From Burkholderiaceae bacterium (GTDB taxonomy: Bacteria; Pseudomonadota; Gammaproteobacteria; Burkholderiales; WYBJ01): a DNA stretch of 59,369 bases. The notes under the pieces were generated by a model. It had not been told where the DNA came from, ran no database searches, and was given only the letters and a program-made list of their open reading frames with translations. Position numbers and translations under genes: made by a program. The stretch covers positions 1 to 59,369 of the forward strand of contig WYBJ01000045.1 of NCBI GenBank assembly GCA_011525945.1, in the 5' to 3' direction. How positions within the stretch are numbered: the stretch's first letter is position 1; each line of letters opens with the position of its first letter. Positions 57,519-59,369 of the stretch are shown in pieces.

Positions 57519-58970
57519 TCAGAGCAGGTCCTTCCATTTCGCGCGGACCTTGGCCTGAAGGTCCTTGCTCGCCTCGGCCACGGCGGGGAACTCGGCGAGA
57601 TAGTCATACGGCCGGCAGGCATCGATGATCGCCTTGGAGCTCAATGGCGCGGCATACGGATACGCGATCGACATCGGATCGTTCTTCGAGCCCATGCCGC
57701 GGCGGATGATGTCGATGTCGATCGCCGGATCGGTGCGGGTCGCCACCGCCCACATCACCTCGTGCAGGTTGGACGGATCGATGTCCTCGTCCACCACCAC
57801 GGAATAGCGCGACATGTAAGCGCCCACTCCGCACTGGTTCAGGATGTGACCGGCCTGGCGTGCGTGCCCGGCGTAGCGCTGCTTGATCGCGACCACGTTG
57901 AACATGCGCGCGCCGCCGATCTCGTGCGCCCAGACCGCGGCAACGTCGGGCACGCCGGCCGCGGCGAGCGCATCGAACAGCAGCGCAGAGCGCATCACCG
58001 CCTTCGAATACGAGTAGTCGTTCGGCGGCTTCGCGGGCGGGCTGCCGATCATGATCGGATCGTTGCGATGATAGATGCGCTCGATCTTCACCGCCGGTGC
58101 GGTGGCAGCCTTGCCGGGATAGTAGCCGTGAAATTCACCGAATGGCCCCTCGGTGCGCTCGTCGCCCGGCTGCGCCCAGCCCTCGAGCACGATCTCGGAG
58201 GCCGCCGGGAAAGGCAGCCCGGTGAGCGCGCCTTTCACCACCGCTACCGGCTCGTTCAGGATCGCGCCCATGTAGTCGTACTCGCACATGCCGAATGGCA
58301 CTTCGATCCCCGACACAAGGTAGCCGAGCGGGTCGGCGCCGAGCACGATGCACACGGGAAACGAACTGCCAGCGGCCATGTGCTTGCGGTACTGGATCGC
58401 GCCGTGCTTGCCCGGGATCATGTCGAGCCCGACGTGGTTGCGGTCGTGGATCATCACCCGGTAGGTGCCGACGTTGATCCAGTCGCTGTCGTAGTCGCGT
58501 GTCACCACCATGCAACCGGTGCCGATGTAGCGCCCGCCATCGCCCTCGTGCCAGAGCGGCGACGGAAAGGCGAACAGGTCCACGTCGTCGCCACTGCTTT
58601 CGTGCTCGAACACCGGCCCGCGACCGACCACCACGGGCTCGAACTGCGCCGCGCGCACCTGCCATTGCGCAGGCTGGCCGCGCAGCTTCTGCACCAGGGC
58701 GTGGTGGTCTTGCTCGGGACCGATGCGCAGGATCGAAGCAAGCCGCGCCGGACTCGAGGTGCTGCAGGTGAGCACACGATGGCCCGCGGGATAGCCGGCG
58801 ATACGATCGAACAGCAGCGCGGGCGGATTTGCCTTCTTGACGTTCAGCTCGCTGATCGTACCGAGCTCGAGGTTCCAATCCGCGCCCTCGACCTCGCGCA
58901 GCTCGCCCAAGCGCCGCGCTTCATCGAGCCAGGCGCGCAGGTCGAGCGGATTGCCGGCGGCGGCGCTCAC
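57519..58970 (-). CDS. UbiD-family (prFMN-dependent) decarboxylase
   Basis: DLR.W, PALLFD.I.GY, DGG.YI.T, N.G.YR, EGPFGEF and VVDEDID.....V.WA.ATR motifs. GTGA overlap with the upstream stop. Confidence 0.92.
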   Translation of the reverse strand: MSAAAGNPLDLRAWLDEARRLGELREVEGADWNLELGTISELNVKKANPPALLFDRIAGYPAGHRVLTCSTSSPARLASILRIGPEQDHHALVQKLRGQPAQWQVRAAQFEPVVVGRGPVFEHESSGDDVDLFAFPSPLWHEGDGGRYIGTGCMVVTRDYDSDWINVGTYRVMIHDRNHVGLDMIPGKHGAIQYRKHMAAGSSFPVCIVLGADPLGYLVSGIEVPFGMCEYDYMGAILNEPVAVVKGALTGLPFPAASEIVLEGWAQPGDERTEGPFGEFHGYYPGKAATAPAVKIERIYHRNDPIMIGSPPAKPPNDYSYSKAVMRSALLFDALAAAGVPDVAAVWAHEIGGARMFNVVAIKQRYAGHARQAGHILNQCGVGAYMSRYSVVVDEDIDPSNLHEVMWAVATRTDPAIDIDIIRRGMGSKNDPMSIAYPYAAPLSSKAIIDACRPYDYLAEFPAVAEASKDLQAKVRAKWKDLL

Positions 58971-59369
58971 GCCTCGCCTGCACGCATGCGGGCCGCGAGT
59001 TGCACCGCACGGATGATTTCGGGATAGGCCGCGCAGCGGCACAGATTGCCCGAGAGGAATCGGCGTATCTCGTCTTCACTCGGAGCGGGATTCTCGTCCA
59101 GCAACTGCCGGCTCATGAGCACGAACCCGGGCGTGCAGAAGCCGCACTGAAACGCCCCACATTCGGCGAACGCCTTCTGCACCGCATCCAGGAGGGGCTG
59201 ATCCACTGCGGCTTGCGTTCCGTGATCGTGCGTGGCGCCGCCTCCCTCACCCCCGGCCCCTACCCAGGAACCTGCCCGCCGCGCGGGCACACAACGCTCC
59301 CCTCTCCCACCGGGAGAGGGGTTGGGGGTGAGGGAAGAGGCGCCACGCGAGGTTCCAGGGCGCAAGTCG
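58967..59369 (-). CDS. CoxS/XdhC-type [2Fe-2S] small subunit, 5' end outside the window, with in-frame repeat insertion
   Basis: Q.AF....QCGFCTPG and L.GNLCRC..Y motifs. Frame is open to the window edge. Confidence 0.85.
   Translation of the reverse strand, partial: DLRPGTSRGASSLTPNPSPGGRGERCVPARRAGSWVGAGGEGGGATHDHGTQAAVDQPLLDAVQKAFAECGAFQCGFCTPGFVLMSRQLLDENPAPSEDEIRRFLSGNLCRCAAYPEIIRAVQLAARMRAGEA
59244..59335. repeat. two inverted REP-like palindromic units inside the CoxS-type coding frame
   Basis: CCCTCACCCCCGGCCCCTACCC (59244-59265) and CCCCTCTCCCACCGGGAGAGGGGTTGGGGGTGAGGGA (59299-59335). Confidence 0.8.

Noticed and set aside
57519-58970. Calling this the ubiquinone-pathway ubiD
   Set aside because: It is 38 kb from ubiEJB, in a catabolic context, and not recognisably the 4-hydroxy-3-polyprenylbenzoate clade, so no symbol was given.

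Overview
High-GC chromosomal segment, most consistent with a betaproteobacterium (Burkholderiales/Rhodocyclales-like gene content; this is inference). The left ~35 kb is mostly core or envelope genes: mgtE, a TPR/GT41 glycosyltransferase, a porin, the ubiE-Tim44-ubiJ-ubiB cluster, NodIJ-like ABC-2 exporter, hemJ, rlmL-like, xth and pilT/pilU/yggS. The right ~25 kb is a catabolic patchwork with five orphan Bug/TctC solute receptors, dehydrogenases, an acyl-CoA dehydrogenase pair, a UbiD decarboxylase and the 3' part of a CoxS-type [2Fe-2S] gene. The strongest hidden signal is a selenoprotein that the ORF track splits in two: a 180-aa UGSC-motif protein at 49875..50417(-), with an in-frame TGA at codon 94 (GD-U-GSCSSC) followed by a well-placed bacterial SECIS-like hairpin. 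It is translationally coupled to a conserved partner of unknown function and lies downstream of an iron-ADH-fold protein that has lost all its metal ligands. Other notable items: tandem FimW-like paralogues, a signal-peptide HIRAN protein, several enzymes with rewired active sites, a MITE-like end fused to two TAG stop codons, and a palindromic repeat inserted in frame into a [2Fe-2S] protein. No rRNA, tRNA, CRISPR array, transposase or prophage was recognised. All family calls come from motif recognition by eye, not from database searches.
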